The notes below the pieces were generated by a model. That model worked only from the letters and a program-made list of their open reading frames with translations. It was not told where the DNA came from and did no database searches. A DNA stretch of 64,000 bases. Source: an uncultured bacterium (GTDB lineage Bacteria; Auribacterota; Erginobacteria; Erginobacterales; Erginobacteraceae). A program made the position numbers and the translations under genes. The stretch is taken from assembly GCA_963822585.1 (NCBI GenBank), contig CAWGIE010000031.1:32001-96000 (forward strand), read 5' to 3'. Below are positions 28,620 to 37,720 of the stretch, one piece after another; the stretch's first letter is position 1; each line of letters starts with the position of its first letter.

Positions 28620-29522
28620 CTACCGCCAGATCTCCAGCTCCAGCTCCAGGGTAATCCCGAATTCATCTCTCACCTTTTCCCGCGCCAGTGCGATCAACTT
28701 TTCTACTTCTCCACAACGGGCGCCCCCCCGGTTGACGATGATGTTGGCGTGCTTCTCCGATATCTGCGCGTCCCCTATTCTTTTCCCTTTCAAACCCGCT
28801 TCTTCGATCAACCGTCCCGCGTGATCGCCGGGCGGGTTTTTGAAAACGGATCCGGCGCTGGGAAAGTCAAGCGGGAGGGACCTTTTCCTCCAGGCGAGAT
28901 GACCCTTCATCCTCTCCCGGATCGTCTCTTTCCGATCCGGCCGGAGCTCGAACTCCGCTTCCAGGACCACGCCGCCGTCATGACGGAACCGGCTGGAGCG
29001 GTACCCGAAAGCGCACTCCGTCGGGGAGAGGTCCCTGACCCCGGAACCGGGATAGAAGACCCGGACTCGCCGGACCGCGCCGGCTATCTCCCCTCCCCGG
29101 CTCCCGGCATTCATCGCCACCGCCCCCCCGACGGTGCCCGGGATGCCAACGGCGTACTCCAGCCCCGAGAGTCCGTTTTCGGCCGCGGCCTGGACCAGAC
29201 GCGTCAGGGGAAGACCCGCGGCGGCGGTGATCCGGCGTCCGTGACGGACGCAGTCCCCGGCTGTCCCCGCGATCCGGATCACGATCCCCCGCACCCCTTC
29301 ATCCGCGACCAGCAGGTTGGTCCCCCCTCCCAGAATACGAGAGGGGAATCCCCCCTCCTCCACCAGATTCAGCAGTTTGACCAGATCCTCCGGCCCGGAC
29401 GGCATGACAAAAAAATCCGCCGGGCCGCCAATGCCCAGAGATGTGTGTTTCTTCAGTTCTTCGCGGATCCTGATCTCGCCCTCAATAGCTGAGGAGATGC
29501 AGATTTCCTTAAAGTTTTTCAT
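28620..29522 (-). CDS. murB: UDP-N-acetylenolpyruvoylglucosamine reductase
   Basis: GGGTNLL, GIPGTVGGAVAMNAG, FGYRSS, SAGSVFKNP, SEKHAN, LELE. Confidence 0.95.
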   Translation of the reverse strand: MKNFKEICISSAIEGEIRIREELKKHTSLGIGGPADFFVMPSGPEDLVKLLNLVEEGGFPSRILGGGTNLLVADEGVRGIVIRIAGTAGDCVRHGRRITAAAGLPLTRLVQAAAENGLSGLEYAVGIPGTVGGAVAMNAGSRGGEIAGAVRRVRVFYPGSGVRDLSPTECAFGYRSSRFRHDGGVVLEAEFELRPDRKETIRERMKGHLAWRKRSLPLDFPSAGSVFKNPPGDHAGRLIEEAGLKGKRIGDAQISEKHANIIVNRGGARCGEVEKLIALAREKVRDEFGITLELELEIWR

Positions 29523-29546
29523 CGGAGTTAATCCACTCTGGCCGGC

Positions 29547-31274
29547 TCACCGCACCTGCTTCAATTTCAGGCTTTCGGGATCAATTTCCCAACCGGCTTC
29601 TCCTCTTGAAAAAGCGAACAGCCTGCCATTCGCATCCCTGAAAATCCACTGGTACGTTCCGTTCATGAACCGCGCCATGTCATGATTCCAGCAGAGCGGA
29701 GGCAGCCCGGGGGCGATCGCGTCGTCGAGATATATCTTTCGTGCCGGGGTAATTTCCCCTTCCCTGATCCCCATCCTGACCGCCGAGAGCATCCCGTCCA
29801 GGGGCGCCATCTGTTCCCGGAGAAATGCGATATGGGGCAGCAGTACGATGACGTTCACCGCCAGGACGATCGACAGAAAGGGATAGATAACCCACCGCAG
29901 GCGGGGATGAAACTTCAACAGGCGATCAACGACGAAGAGGGCGACCAGCATGACCAGAGCGTTGGACAGGTACTGATACCGGAACTGACGAAGAACGTAA
30001 ATCGGGAAGTTGGTACCCATTCGCCCGTGGATCAGAACAAAAACACCGGTCACCAGTAAAAAGATATAAAAGAAGAACGGGGATAAGAATTCTCGAGGCC
30101 GCTTCTTCAGCAGAAGGACCAGGCCGATGATAAAAAGACAGATCAGGATTCCTCCGCTGATAGAGAGGAACCGATCTATCTCCGCGACCGCCGGACGCCA
30201 GAGACTGTCCAGATCCGCGGCCTTGCTGACGATCAGGGGAGGAGCGACCAGGGCGCCGGCAGAACGATCAGCCAGAGCCTGTCGCAGAACCGGGCTTGAT
30301 AAGAGATAGAGCCCCCCCCGCCCGATATTGTCCTGGACGATCACCGGACAGGTCAAAACGGGGATTATGTTGGCGATCACTCCGTTGAAGACAATGCTGA
30401 ATGCGGTGACGGCAAAGCTGAAATAAATCGCGGGGACCGAGAAGAGATACCGCGCGGAGGCCGACGGCGCCCCGAGCGGGGACCGCGAATGGAGATACAG
30501 GACAACCGATCCGTACACGGCATAGAGAACGACCAGGGCCAGGATGGACGGCAGAACCGGGCCCTTGCTTCGCGAACGAAACTCATCGGTGCTCCCCCCA
30601 CCCGGGAGCAGGAAAAAGATCGCCGGCGGCCAGAAGAGGAAGGTCTCATAACACAAAAGTCCCGGCAGGAAACAGAGAACGGCCACCCCCAGGCAGAGAA
30701 GCCGCCCCGACCGCCGATACTCCAGGTAGGAGAGAAACCCCATCAGGAAGAGAGAGAAGCCGACGATGACGGCCAGGTGAAATGTCCAGGCGACGATGTC
30801 GAAGTGGGAGAAGAGAAACGCGAAAACGGTGAGAAAAGCCGCGGCGATCGCCCTCCCGCATCCGAAGACCCGGGCGAGCCGGTACATCAAGATAATACTG
30901 AAGCAGTAGAATCCGAAGGTGACGGTATGGAACCAGAGATAGCGGGCGCCGAAGAGAAGGTGCAGGCCGTAGAGGACCAGGTGAAAAAGCGGCCGATAGG
31001 TCCCGTGCCCCCAGACATCGTAATTGGCGATAGTGACCACCCGCTCAAAGCCCGAAAGGTCCTGATAGGCATGAAAATGATAGAAGAGGCACCAGTAATC
31101 GCTCCGGGGCGGGTTGGAGAACGTGGGCCGGTACATGAAAAAGAGGGCCAGGAAAAGCAAAGCGAAATAGCCCGCCATCACTTTCGAATAGTTCCTGTCT
31201 TGCATCACACGATAGCCCCGCCCTGAGTTCATTCCAACCCCGGCATTATAGATAAAGTAAGCAGTCCCCTGCAA
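29547..31274 (-). CDS. Polytopic membrane protein, putative GT-C glycosyltransferase (family 2)
   Basis: NPPRSDYW, DVWGHGTYRPL, QFRYQY, LCWNHDMARFMNGTYQWIF. The true start is probably a downstream ATG (about 31232 or 31205). Confidence 0.7.
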   Translation of the reverse strand: MQGTAYFIYNAGVGMNSGRGYRVMQDRNYSKVMAGYFALLFLALFFMYRPTFSNPPRSDYWCLFYHFHAYQDLSGFERVVTIANYDVWGHGTYRPLFHLVLYGLHLLFGARYLWFHTVTFGFYCFSIILMYRLARVFGCGRAIAAAFLTVFAFLFSHFDIVAWTFHLAVIVGFSLFLMGFLSYLEYRRSGRLLCLGVAVLCFLPGLLCYETFLFWPPAIFFLLPGGGSTDEFRSRSKGPVLPSILALVVLYAVYGSVVLYLHSRSPLGAPSASARYLFSVPAIYFSFAVTAFSIVFNGVIANIIPVLTCPVIVQDNIGRGGLYLLSSPVLRQALADRSAGALVAPPLIVSKAADLDSLWRPAVAEIDRFLSISGGILICLFIIGLVLLLKKRPREFLSPFFFYIFLLVTGVFVLIHGRMGTNFPIYVLRQFRYQYLSNALVMLVALFVVDRLLKFHPRLRWVIYPFLSIVLAVNVIVLLPHIAFLREQMAPLDGMLSAVRMGIREGEITPARKIYLDDAIAPGLPPLCWNHDMARFMNGTYQWIFRDANGRLFAFSRGEAGWEIDPESLKLKQVR

Positions 31275-31446
31275 ACCCTTTCCGGGCCTTATCCAGAAAG
31301 CCCTTTATCAGTAGTTCTCCATTATGGTACACATTCCCTGATGAGATCGCGCCCGCGGATAAGAGTTACAGGTTCCGATTGCCGGATCAACCGGACCGCC
31401 GATCTCCGTTTCTCGGTAAACATGAACATTTATTTTAGGGTTTATT

Positions 31447-33324
31447 ATGCCGGTAACAACATTCAAATATAAAGTAGCCTTACTGTTTCTCGGGCTGCTG
31501 GCGGGAATCATACTGCTGGAACTCGGCCTGCGGACGGCCGGATTTATCGTTTTTTATCTCCAGGAACGGGAGAACCGACAAGCCCTGAGACAAAGAAGCG
31601 AATACGTCATTCTCTGCCTGGGAGAATCGACCACGGCCATCGGCGGAGATGATTCTTACCCGAAACAGCTGGAGAGGATACTCAACGAGCGAAATCCGGG
31701 GGGAAAGGTAGCCGTGGTGAATAAAGGAATTGTCGGCTCCAATACCACCGCCATTATTGCCCGGCTGCCGGAGTACCTCGCTGAGTACCATCCCAATATG
31801 GTGATCGCGATGATGGGCATCAATGAAGGGCCGGGGGTAGCTGATCCCGCCGGCGGCGCTACCCCCATAACGGTAGGCTTTTTCAGAAATCTCCGCGTTT
31901 ATAAGCTGTTCCGGCTGCTCTGGGACCGGATCTCGTATAACGTCGAATTGGCGAGAACATCACGGCGAATAAACAAAGAGGCGGAAGATATCCTTACGCT
32001 CGCTGAAACGGCGATAACAGTAACCGGGGCCCAAAAGCAGCAATCGCCCCTGAATATACCGGAAGACGCCGTCAATAATCTTGAAAAAGGGGACCGGCAT
32101 TTTGAGCGCGATGAGTTTGAGGACGCGCTCCCCTTTTACCGGGCGGCGTTCCAGGCCGACCCGGGGAACACCGCGATCATTACCAGACTGGCAAGATGCC
32201 TGCGGGAAATGCAGAGTTTTCAGGAAGACCGGGAAATGCTCCGCCGGTTGCTGTTGATCGACCCTCTCAACCCCGATGTTTACGTGGAACTGGGAAACTC
32301 TTTCCGCGATCAGCAGGCGTGGGAAACCGCCGAGATGTTTTATCGAAGAGCCATCGCGTTGAACCCTGACCTGGCGCGGGCTTATCTGGAATGGGGCCAC
32401 GTTTACAAGAGACAGGGAGACAGTAAAAACGCGATAGCGCTCTATCTGAAAGCTCTTGAACTCGATCCGGACAACGCGTCCATCTCCATGCAATTGGTTT
32501 ACTTGGCGCGTTATTACGATACGCTGGGCAACTATGAAGAAGCTGAAAAATTATTTAAAAAAGCCCTGGAGCGCGAACCGGATTATGCCGATGGTTACGC
32601 GCAGCTGGGACGTTTTTACGACTGGCGAGGAAGAAATCGGGAAGCGGAACTTATGTGCCAAAGGGCGATCGAGATCGATCCGGCTAACGAGTTGGCCTAC
32701 GCCGAACTGGGGGACATCTACAAGAGCCGGGGTCTGACGGAGGAGGCGGGAAGAATGTATCGGAAGGCGCTGGATATCAACCCCCTCAACAACATCGCCT
32801 TCCGCGTCCTGGCCGTCTGGTATCTTGAGGAAGGGAAGTATGGAGAGGTGGAAGATCTGTGCGAAAAAATCATCGAGAACAATCCCCGCCACGATGTCGC
32901 TCTCGGGATTATGGCCGTCTCTTGCCAAGCCCAGGGGAAAATAGATTTAGCGGAAAAATATTTCTCCCAGGCGAAAGAATTGCGAGCCGGTCTTCTGAAT
33001 CCGAACGTAGCCAAAAACTACCAGAAAGCCGCCCAGATGGTTCGGGAGAGAGGAATACCACTGGTCTGCGTTCAGTATCCGATGCGCAATGTCGATGACC
33101 TGAAGCGAATGTTCCCGGACCCGGAAGGGATTATCTTTGTCGATAATGAAGCTGTTTTTAAGTTGGCCCTGGAAGCGGGGAGTTATGGAGATCTTTTCAC
33201 CGACTGCTTCGCGGGCGACTTCGGACATTGCACCCCGCTGGGGAACCGCCTTCTGGCCGGGAATATTGCCGATAGTATCTTCCCCGCGATCAGGCCAAAA
33301 ACCATCCAACCGGAAAAAGATTGA
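31447..33324 (+). CDS. Membrane-anchored SGNH/GDSL-fold protein with a large inserted TPR array
   Basis: N-terminal TM; blocks LGESTT, NKG and GINE; about 8-9 TPRs; block V DFGH near the C-terminus. Confidence 0.8.
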   Translation: MPVTTFKYKVALLFLGLLAGIILLELGLRTAGFIVFYLQERENRQALRQRSEYVILCLGESTTAIGGDDSYPKQLERILNERNPGGKVAVVNKGIVGSNTTAIIARLPEYLAEYHPNMVIAMMGINEGPGVADPAGGATPITVGFFRNLRVYKLFRLLWDRISYNVELARTSRRINKEAEDILTLAETAITVTGAQKQQSPLNIPEDAVNNLEKGDRHFERDEFEDALPFYRAAFQADPGNTAIITRLARCLREMQSFQEDREMLRRLLLIDPLNPDVYVELGNSFRDQQAWETAEMFYRRAIALNPDLARAYLEWGHVYKRQGDSKNAIALYLKALELDPDNASISMQLVYLARYYDTLGNYEEAEKLFKKALEREPDYADGYAQLGRFYDWRGRNREAELMCQRAIEIDPANELAYAELGDIYKSRGLTEEAGRMYRKALDINPLNNIAFRVLAVWYLEEGKYGEVEDLCEKIIENNPRHDVALGIMAVSCQAQGKIDLAEKYFSQAKELRAGLLNPNVAKNYQKAAQMVRERGIPLVCVQYPMRNVDDLKRMFPDPEGIIFVDNEAVFKLALEAGSYGDLFTDCFAGDFGHCTPLGNRLLAGNIADSIFPAIRPKTIQPEKD

Positions 33325-33357
33325 ACGCCCGCCGGCACAGTTACTTAGGAGAGCATA

Positions 33358-33479
33358 AAATAGATTACAGGTCATTGCAAGGAATCCCGGCGAGCCGGGA
33401 AAGCAATCTCAATTAGTTGGTGAACAAGTGATTGCTTCCCTTTGCCCGCAATGACTCTTTCGAATAGTGCAATCTATTT
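33358..33479. repeat. Palindromic element GTCATTGC...GCAATGAC (RPE/MITE-like)
   Basis: Core 33371-33455 gtcattgcaagga...agcaatc...gattgctt...cgcaatgac with outer IR aaatagattaca/tgcaatctattt; related to 43945-44025. Confidence 0.65.
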
Positions 33480-33588
33480 ATATAAGAGTGTTGTACAATT
33501 AAGGTAGTCCCGTGTTACCCGTCTTTTTGATGTTTTCATTGTTTAAAACTACCCGGATTTATTTCTCTCGGGGAAGAAAAAAAGTACC

Positions 33589-34812
33589 ATGCCAACGAAA
33601 TCCGTAGTGACCATGATTGCCGGAATGGCCCTCATCCTCTGGCCGGGGGCGGACAGGTCCGCCAACGCGACACCCAGCCCGAATCCCACGCCGAATTCGA
33701 GACCGGAAACCATCCGGGCCCGGATCGGGACCCTCCCCTACCTCCGTGGATACAAGGCTCCTCCCCAGGAATCAGGCGTAACCGTCTATGACCGGGAACT
33801 CGCCCAACCGGGCTTGAATCTGTATGTCTCCGGAGGTCTTCCTCCGATCGTCTTAATGGACATGGAAGGCAAAGTTCTGCATACCTGGTCGGTCGATCTG
33901 GATAAACTGGGACGGGGCAATCCGATCGTCAGGAGAGCTCATCTCTTCGGCAATGGAGACATTTTGGTAATCCTGGAGATGACGGGGTTGTTGAAACTTG
34001 ACAAGAATTCCCGCCCGCTCTGGTTCTTCCCCGGCAAGGTCCATCATGACTGTGATGTGGCTGAAAATGGCGATATCTACGTGCTGACGGGCCGCGAAGC
34101 ACAGGTCAACCTGGAAGACATGGAGATCAAGGGGTCGATCTTCGACGATTGTATTACCATTCTCAGCCCGGCCGGGAAAGAGAAGAAGGTTATTTCAATC
34201 TTGGAAGCTTTTCAGAACTCGGATCATCGTCCGGTTCTACAGAGAATGGCGATTGATAACTTTAAAGGCGATGTATTTCACACCAATACCCTGGAGCTTA
34301 CCGACGGTTCGGTCGCCGGGAAGTTTCCGCCCTCCCGGAAGGGATGCGCGCTGATATCTCCGCGCAACCTCCAGACCATCGCGATAATCGACCTGGCCGA
34401 AGAAAAGGTGACCTGGGCGTTGTCCGGGATGTGGGCCTATCAGCATCAGCCGACGATACTTCCCAACGGGAATATCCTGCTCTTCGATAACCTGGGGGAG
34501 GAAGGGAAATCGAAAGTCATCGAGTTCAATCCCTGCACGCAGACAACTGTCTGGGCCTACCGGGGAAATGACGAAAACGGATTCCGGACCGAGGACATGG
34601 GTTCTCAGCAGCGGCTCCCGAACGGGAATACCCTGATCACCGAATCCAGAGACGGCCGGGTATTTGAAGTTACCCGGGACAAGAAGATAGCCTGGGAATT
34701 CTTAAACCCGCAGCGCCATGCGGAGGACCTCATCGCCGCCATCTACGAAATGATCCGCCTTAACCCGGCGGACTTCCCCTTTCTCACAACCGACAATACT
34801 CCCTCCGATTGA
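33589..34812 (+). CDS. Secreted arylsulfotransferase-like protein (paralog of 27283..28536)
   Basis: Signal peptide (SANA), Pro/Thr linker, HHD, DVFHTNT, YQHQP, QRLPNGNTLITES. Confidence 0.82.
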   Translation: MPTKSVVTMIAGMALILWPGADRSANATPSPNPTPNSRPETIRARIGTLPYLRGYKAPPQESGVTVYDRELAQPGLNLYVSGGLPPIVLMDMEGKVLHTWSVDLDKLGRGNPIVRRAHLFGNGDILVILEMTGLLKLDKNSRPLWFFPGKVHHDCDVAENGDIYVLTGREAQVNLEDMEIKGSIFDDCITILSPAGKEKKVISILEAFQNSDHRPVLQRMAIDNFKGDVFHTNTLELTDGSVAGKFPPSRKGCALISPRNLQTIAIIDLAEEKVTWALSGMWAYQHQPTILPNGNILLFDNLGEEGKSKVIEFNPCTQTTVWAYRGNDENGFRTEDMGSQQRLPNGNTLITESRDGRVFEVTRDKKIAWEFLNPQRHAEDLIAAIYEMIRLNPADFPFLTTDNTPSD

Positions 34813-34902
34813 ATACCTCCAAACCGGAAGACAGCGGCCTGACGGCGACCCCATGCCCGATGCAGGAGGAGCGGGGTCGGCCAAAGCCGGGAGCAATCGT
34901 CT

Positions 34903-37491
34903 TTACCTCCGAAATCTGATCCTTCTCACTCCGATCCAGCCCACTATAATCAATAAAACTCCCCAGGAAACGATTGAGATGGAGGCTCCGATCATCCAGC
35001 TGCGGGGTCGGAAGATCATCTCGACCTTATGAGAACCCTTCTCCAGCCATACCCCCCGCTGGAGATAATTAACCCGGAAAAGAAAGGACGGCGCGCCGTC
35101 TACGACAGCTTTCCAGCCGGGGTACCAGATATCGGTCAGAACCAGCATAGCCGGACGCGATGCCCCCACGGCGATTTTCACCCGGTTGGGGTTGCTGAAA
35201 TCGAGTTCGGCAATTGGATTTTCCGCCTGGAGTTCTTTGAAACGGGCGATATATTCATCCCGGGGGCCGGCATCAAAAGACCCGTAATCAGTGATCAGCG
35301 ATCGGTCCCGAAAAGCTCCGCCGGGGCGGTGCCTCGGGATCTCCGCTTCGCTCCGATAATCAGTTCGCTCGCCAGCGCCCGGCAACTGATTACTGATTAC
35401 TGATAACTGATTTGCGCCATCAATAAATACTCCTTCCCTCAAATCTCCCTTCACCAGTTCCTCTCGTGCTTCATCTTCCGAGCATTTAACCAGCCTATCC
35501 AGGGTGAATGCCCGGGGAAGAACTCCGGGATTTGTATGCAGATAAAAATCCGGGTCTGACTCCAGTTTAACCGCGGTTTCACCCGGGAAAATTCCTGCCG
35601 GCCGGGAATCAAGAAGATACTCAACCGACATATTGCTCAAGAAAGCCGGATGGACCGGGCGGGGAAAGTCCCAGTAAAGCGGCCAATCCACCGGCCGGCC
35701 GTACGCTTCTTCAAACGCCTTCCTGAACCGCTTTTCCAGTGGCTTCATATCGTAGCCCATAAAAGCGAAGCTGCCTTCCAGGTAGGCGAAATTTTCGTGG
35801 AAAGGCTGATCGGTCGCCCAGCGGAGGCAAGAGTCGTCCCGGGACGCGGCCAGTGTACGCAGTACTCTTTGCACCATCGGGTGTGACCGGGGACCGAGGC
35901 TCCGGAGGTGTTCGGGCCGGGGATGGTGAAAGCGAAAAGTGCAGAAGTACAATGCCGCGAACGTGAAGATCGACGTCTCCAGGATAACCAGCGCGGCCAC
36001 CGCTCTCGACCGGGTCTTTCCCCGCAAACCCCGCCAGGTGAAAACCAGCATACCGGCGGCCGCGACAAAGTAAAGGACCGGGCTCCGGATAAACCATTGC
36101 AGGTTGCCCCGGCGGATGATTTCCTTCAAGCCGGGCGGAGAGAAATTCCCGCTCAACCAGCCCCGGATTCCGTCGTAACCGAAGAGCGCCAGAAGGCCGG
36201 CGAGAAAAGCCAGGGCGAGGTACCCGTAGATAAGCTTTCGAGGCCAGCCCGTTGCAGCCCATTTGCCCGAGATCAGGTATTCCATCCCCAGGCCGGCCAG
36301 CCAGGCGGTGGCGATAACCTGCAGGAGGCGGTAACGGATGGGGAAGGGAAACAGGGACAGAACCGGCACCACTTTATAGAAGAAATAATAAAACGGGGCG
36401 TGCCTTCCCAGCATCAAGAGCACGGAGAATATCCAGACCAGGACCGCGAAGACCGCCCAGAACCGTAACCGCCGGAGGCGAGAACGACGCGCAATCAAAA
36501 ACGCACCGGCCAGGGCCAGGAAGGTAAGCAGCAATCCCCCGCTCATATTGGCGTCCCAGAACCTGACCCCCTGGGTAATCGAATCCACCCAGTTGCGGTT
36601 ATTGAGATTGCTCACGGTCCCGAAGAGATCGGGGACGAAGAGGGTCGCCAAATAGATCGGGGGCATCGAACCGTCTCCGCCGGTCATCGCCTCATAGGTC
36701 TCCTCCAGATGCAGCTTGGTATGAGCCGAACCTTCGAGGGCGGAGACCCAGAAGACGGCGGAGAGGGCCAACCCGAGCAATACCGCCGCCGCCAGCTGGA
36801 GGGGAGCCCGGAAGAAACGGAGTTTCTTCTTCCCCCGGAGCCGGCGCGCCCCCAGACCCAGGGCCAGCAACCCGCCCAGGAGCAGGCCGTAGCCGACGTG
36901 GGGCGGCTGGGCGGCCAGCATCATCAGGGCGAAGATGCATCCGCCGGCGGCGATCCTCCCGAAACCGGCCCCGCGGTCCATCAGGACAACCACCAGCAGG
37001 AACCAGGGAAGCCAGGCCTGGACATTCACCACCGGCGGCCAGACATAGGAGTAGGAGAAGGCGGGGCTGAAAAGGTACACCCAGGCGGTGATGAAAGCGG
37101 GAAAGGGACGGAGCCGGATCCCGCAACGGGCCAGGGCATACATCCCGATCACCGCCAGCAGGTAATGGAGAATCAACGGGAGCAGGCTGATCACGAAATA
37201 GGCCTGGTCGAGATCGTCGAGGCGGCTGAGGAGGAGAAAGGGCCAGAGCGGCAGATAGTAAGTATCGGCGTAAAAACGAGCGTAAAAGGGCTTGGCCCCG
37301 CACCAGGTCTCGCTGTCCCAGAGCGGGATTACGCCGTTCTGAATATGGCGGGCCACGTAATACTGCCAGGGGAAGACGTCCATCGCCACGTCATCGTGAA
37401 ATATCCCCCGCCAGCCGATCAGGGCGGGCAGAAATAGCGCCCCTACGGCCAGAAAGAGGAAAATGACGGCGAAGAGATCAGCTTTTTTCAT
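34903..37491 (-). CDS. YfhO-family GT-C membrane protein
   Basis: HDD after TM1, IPLWD...GAKP, QAWLPW, RYR, DIWYPGWKAVVDG...VNYLQRGV and a C-terminal TM. Confidence 0.85.
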   Translation of the reverse strand: MKKADLFAVIFLFLAVGALFLPALIGWRGIFHDDVAMDVFPWQYYVARHIQNGVIPLWDSETWCGAKPFYARFYADTYYLPLWPFLLLSRLDDLDQAYFVISLLPLILHYLLAVIGMYALARCGIRLRPFPAFITAWVYLFSPAFSYSYVWPPVVNVQAWLPWFLLVVVLMDRGAGFGRIAAGGCIFALMMLAAQPPHVGYGLLLGGLLALGLGARRLRGKKKLRFFRAPLQLAAAVLLGLALSAVFWVSALEGSAHTKLHLEETYEAMTGGDGSMPPIYLATLFVPDLFGTVSNLNNRNWVDSITQGVRFWDANMSGGLLLTFLALAGAFLIARRSRLRRLRFWAVFAVLVWIFSVLLMLGRHAPFYYFFYKVVPVLSLFPFPIRYRLLQVIATAWLAGLGMEYLISGKWAATGWPRKLIYGYLALAFLAGLLALFGYDGIRGWLSGNFSPPGLKEIIRRGNLQWFIRSPVLYFVAAAGMLVFTWRGLRGKTRSRAVAALVILETSIFTFAALYFCTFRFHHPRPEHLRSLGPRSHPMVQRVLRTLAASRDDSCLRWATDQPFHENFAYLEGSFAFMGYDMKPLEKRFRKAFEEAYGRPVDWPLYWDFPRPVHPAFLSNMSVEYLLDSRPAGIFPGETAVKLESDPDFYLHTNPGVLPRAFTLDRLVKCSEDEAREELVKGDLREGVFIDGANQLSVISNQLPGAGERTDYRSEAEIPRHRPGGAFRDRSLITDYGSFDAGPRDEYIARFKELQAENPIAELDFSNPNRVKIAVGASRPAMLVLTDIWYPGWKAVVDGAPSFLFRVNYLQRGVWLEKGSHKVEMIFRPRSWMIGASISIVSWGVLLIIVGWIGVRRIRFRR
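35284..35412. repeat. In-frame heptamer inverted-repeat element with a nested 51-nt insertion
   Basis: (TAATCAG)n ... (ACTGATT)n arms translated as NQLSVISNQL...TDYR[SEAEIPRHRPGGAFRDR]SLITDY. Confidence 0.75.
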
Positions 37492-37493
37492 TA

Positions 37494-37645
37494 TAAGTTA
37501 GCGCCTGCGGCGCTAACTTAGTAAAAAACACTGAAGCTAACGCCACTTAGTGGAAGTTACAATTTTCAGGTTAGACAACAATCAATTGAACTACCTTTTT
37601 TGAAATTCCTAAACAATAAATTAGCGAGCTTCGCTCGCTAATTTA
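37494..37645. repeat. Two perfect hairpins with related stems in an AT-rich spacer
   Basis: taagttagcgcc-tgc-ggcgctaactta (37494-37520) and taaattagcgagc-ttc-gctcgctaattta (37617-37645). Confidence 0.75.
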
Positions 37646-37720
37646 GGTTACATTTTTTCGTTTTGTTCACTAGTGGTGATGTATGTATCAATCACCGCAT
37701 CGCTTGATTTTCGGCGCGGA

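Noticed and set aside
37492..37720. Integron attC site or DGR hairpin
   Set aside because: There is no properly paired R''/R' arrangement, no integrase or reverse transcriptase, and no TR/VR pair in the window.
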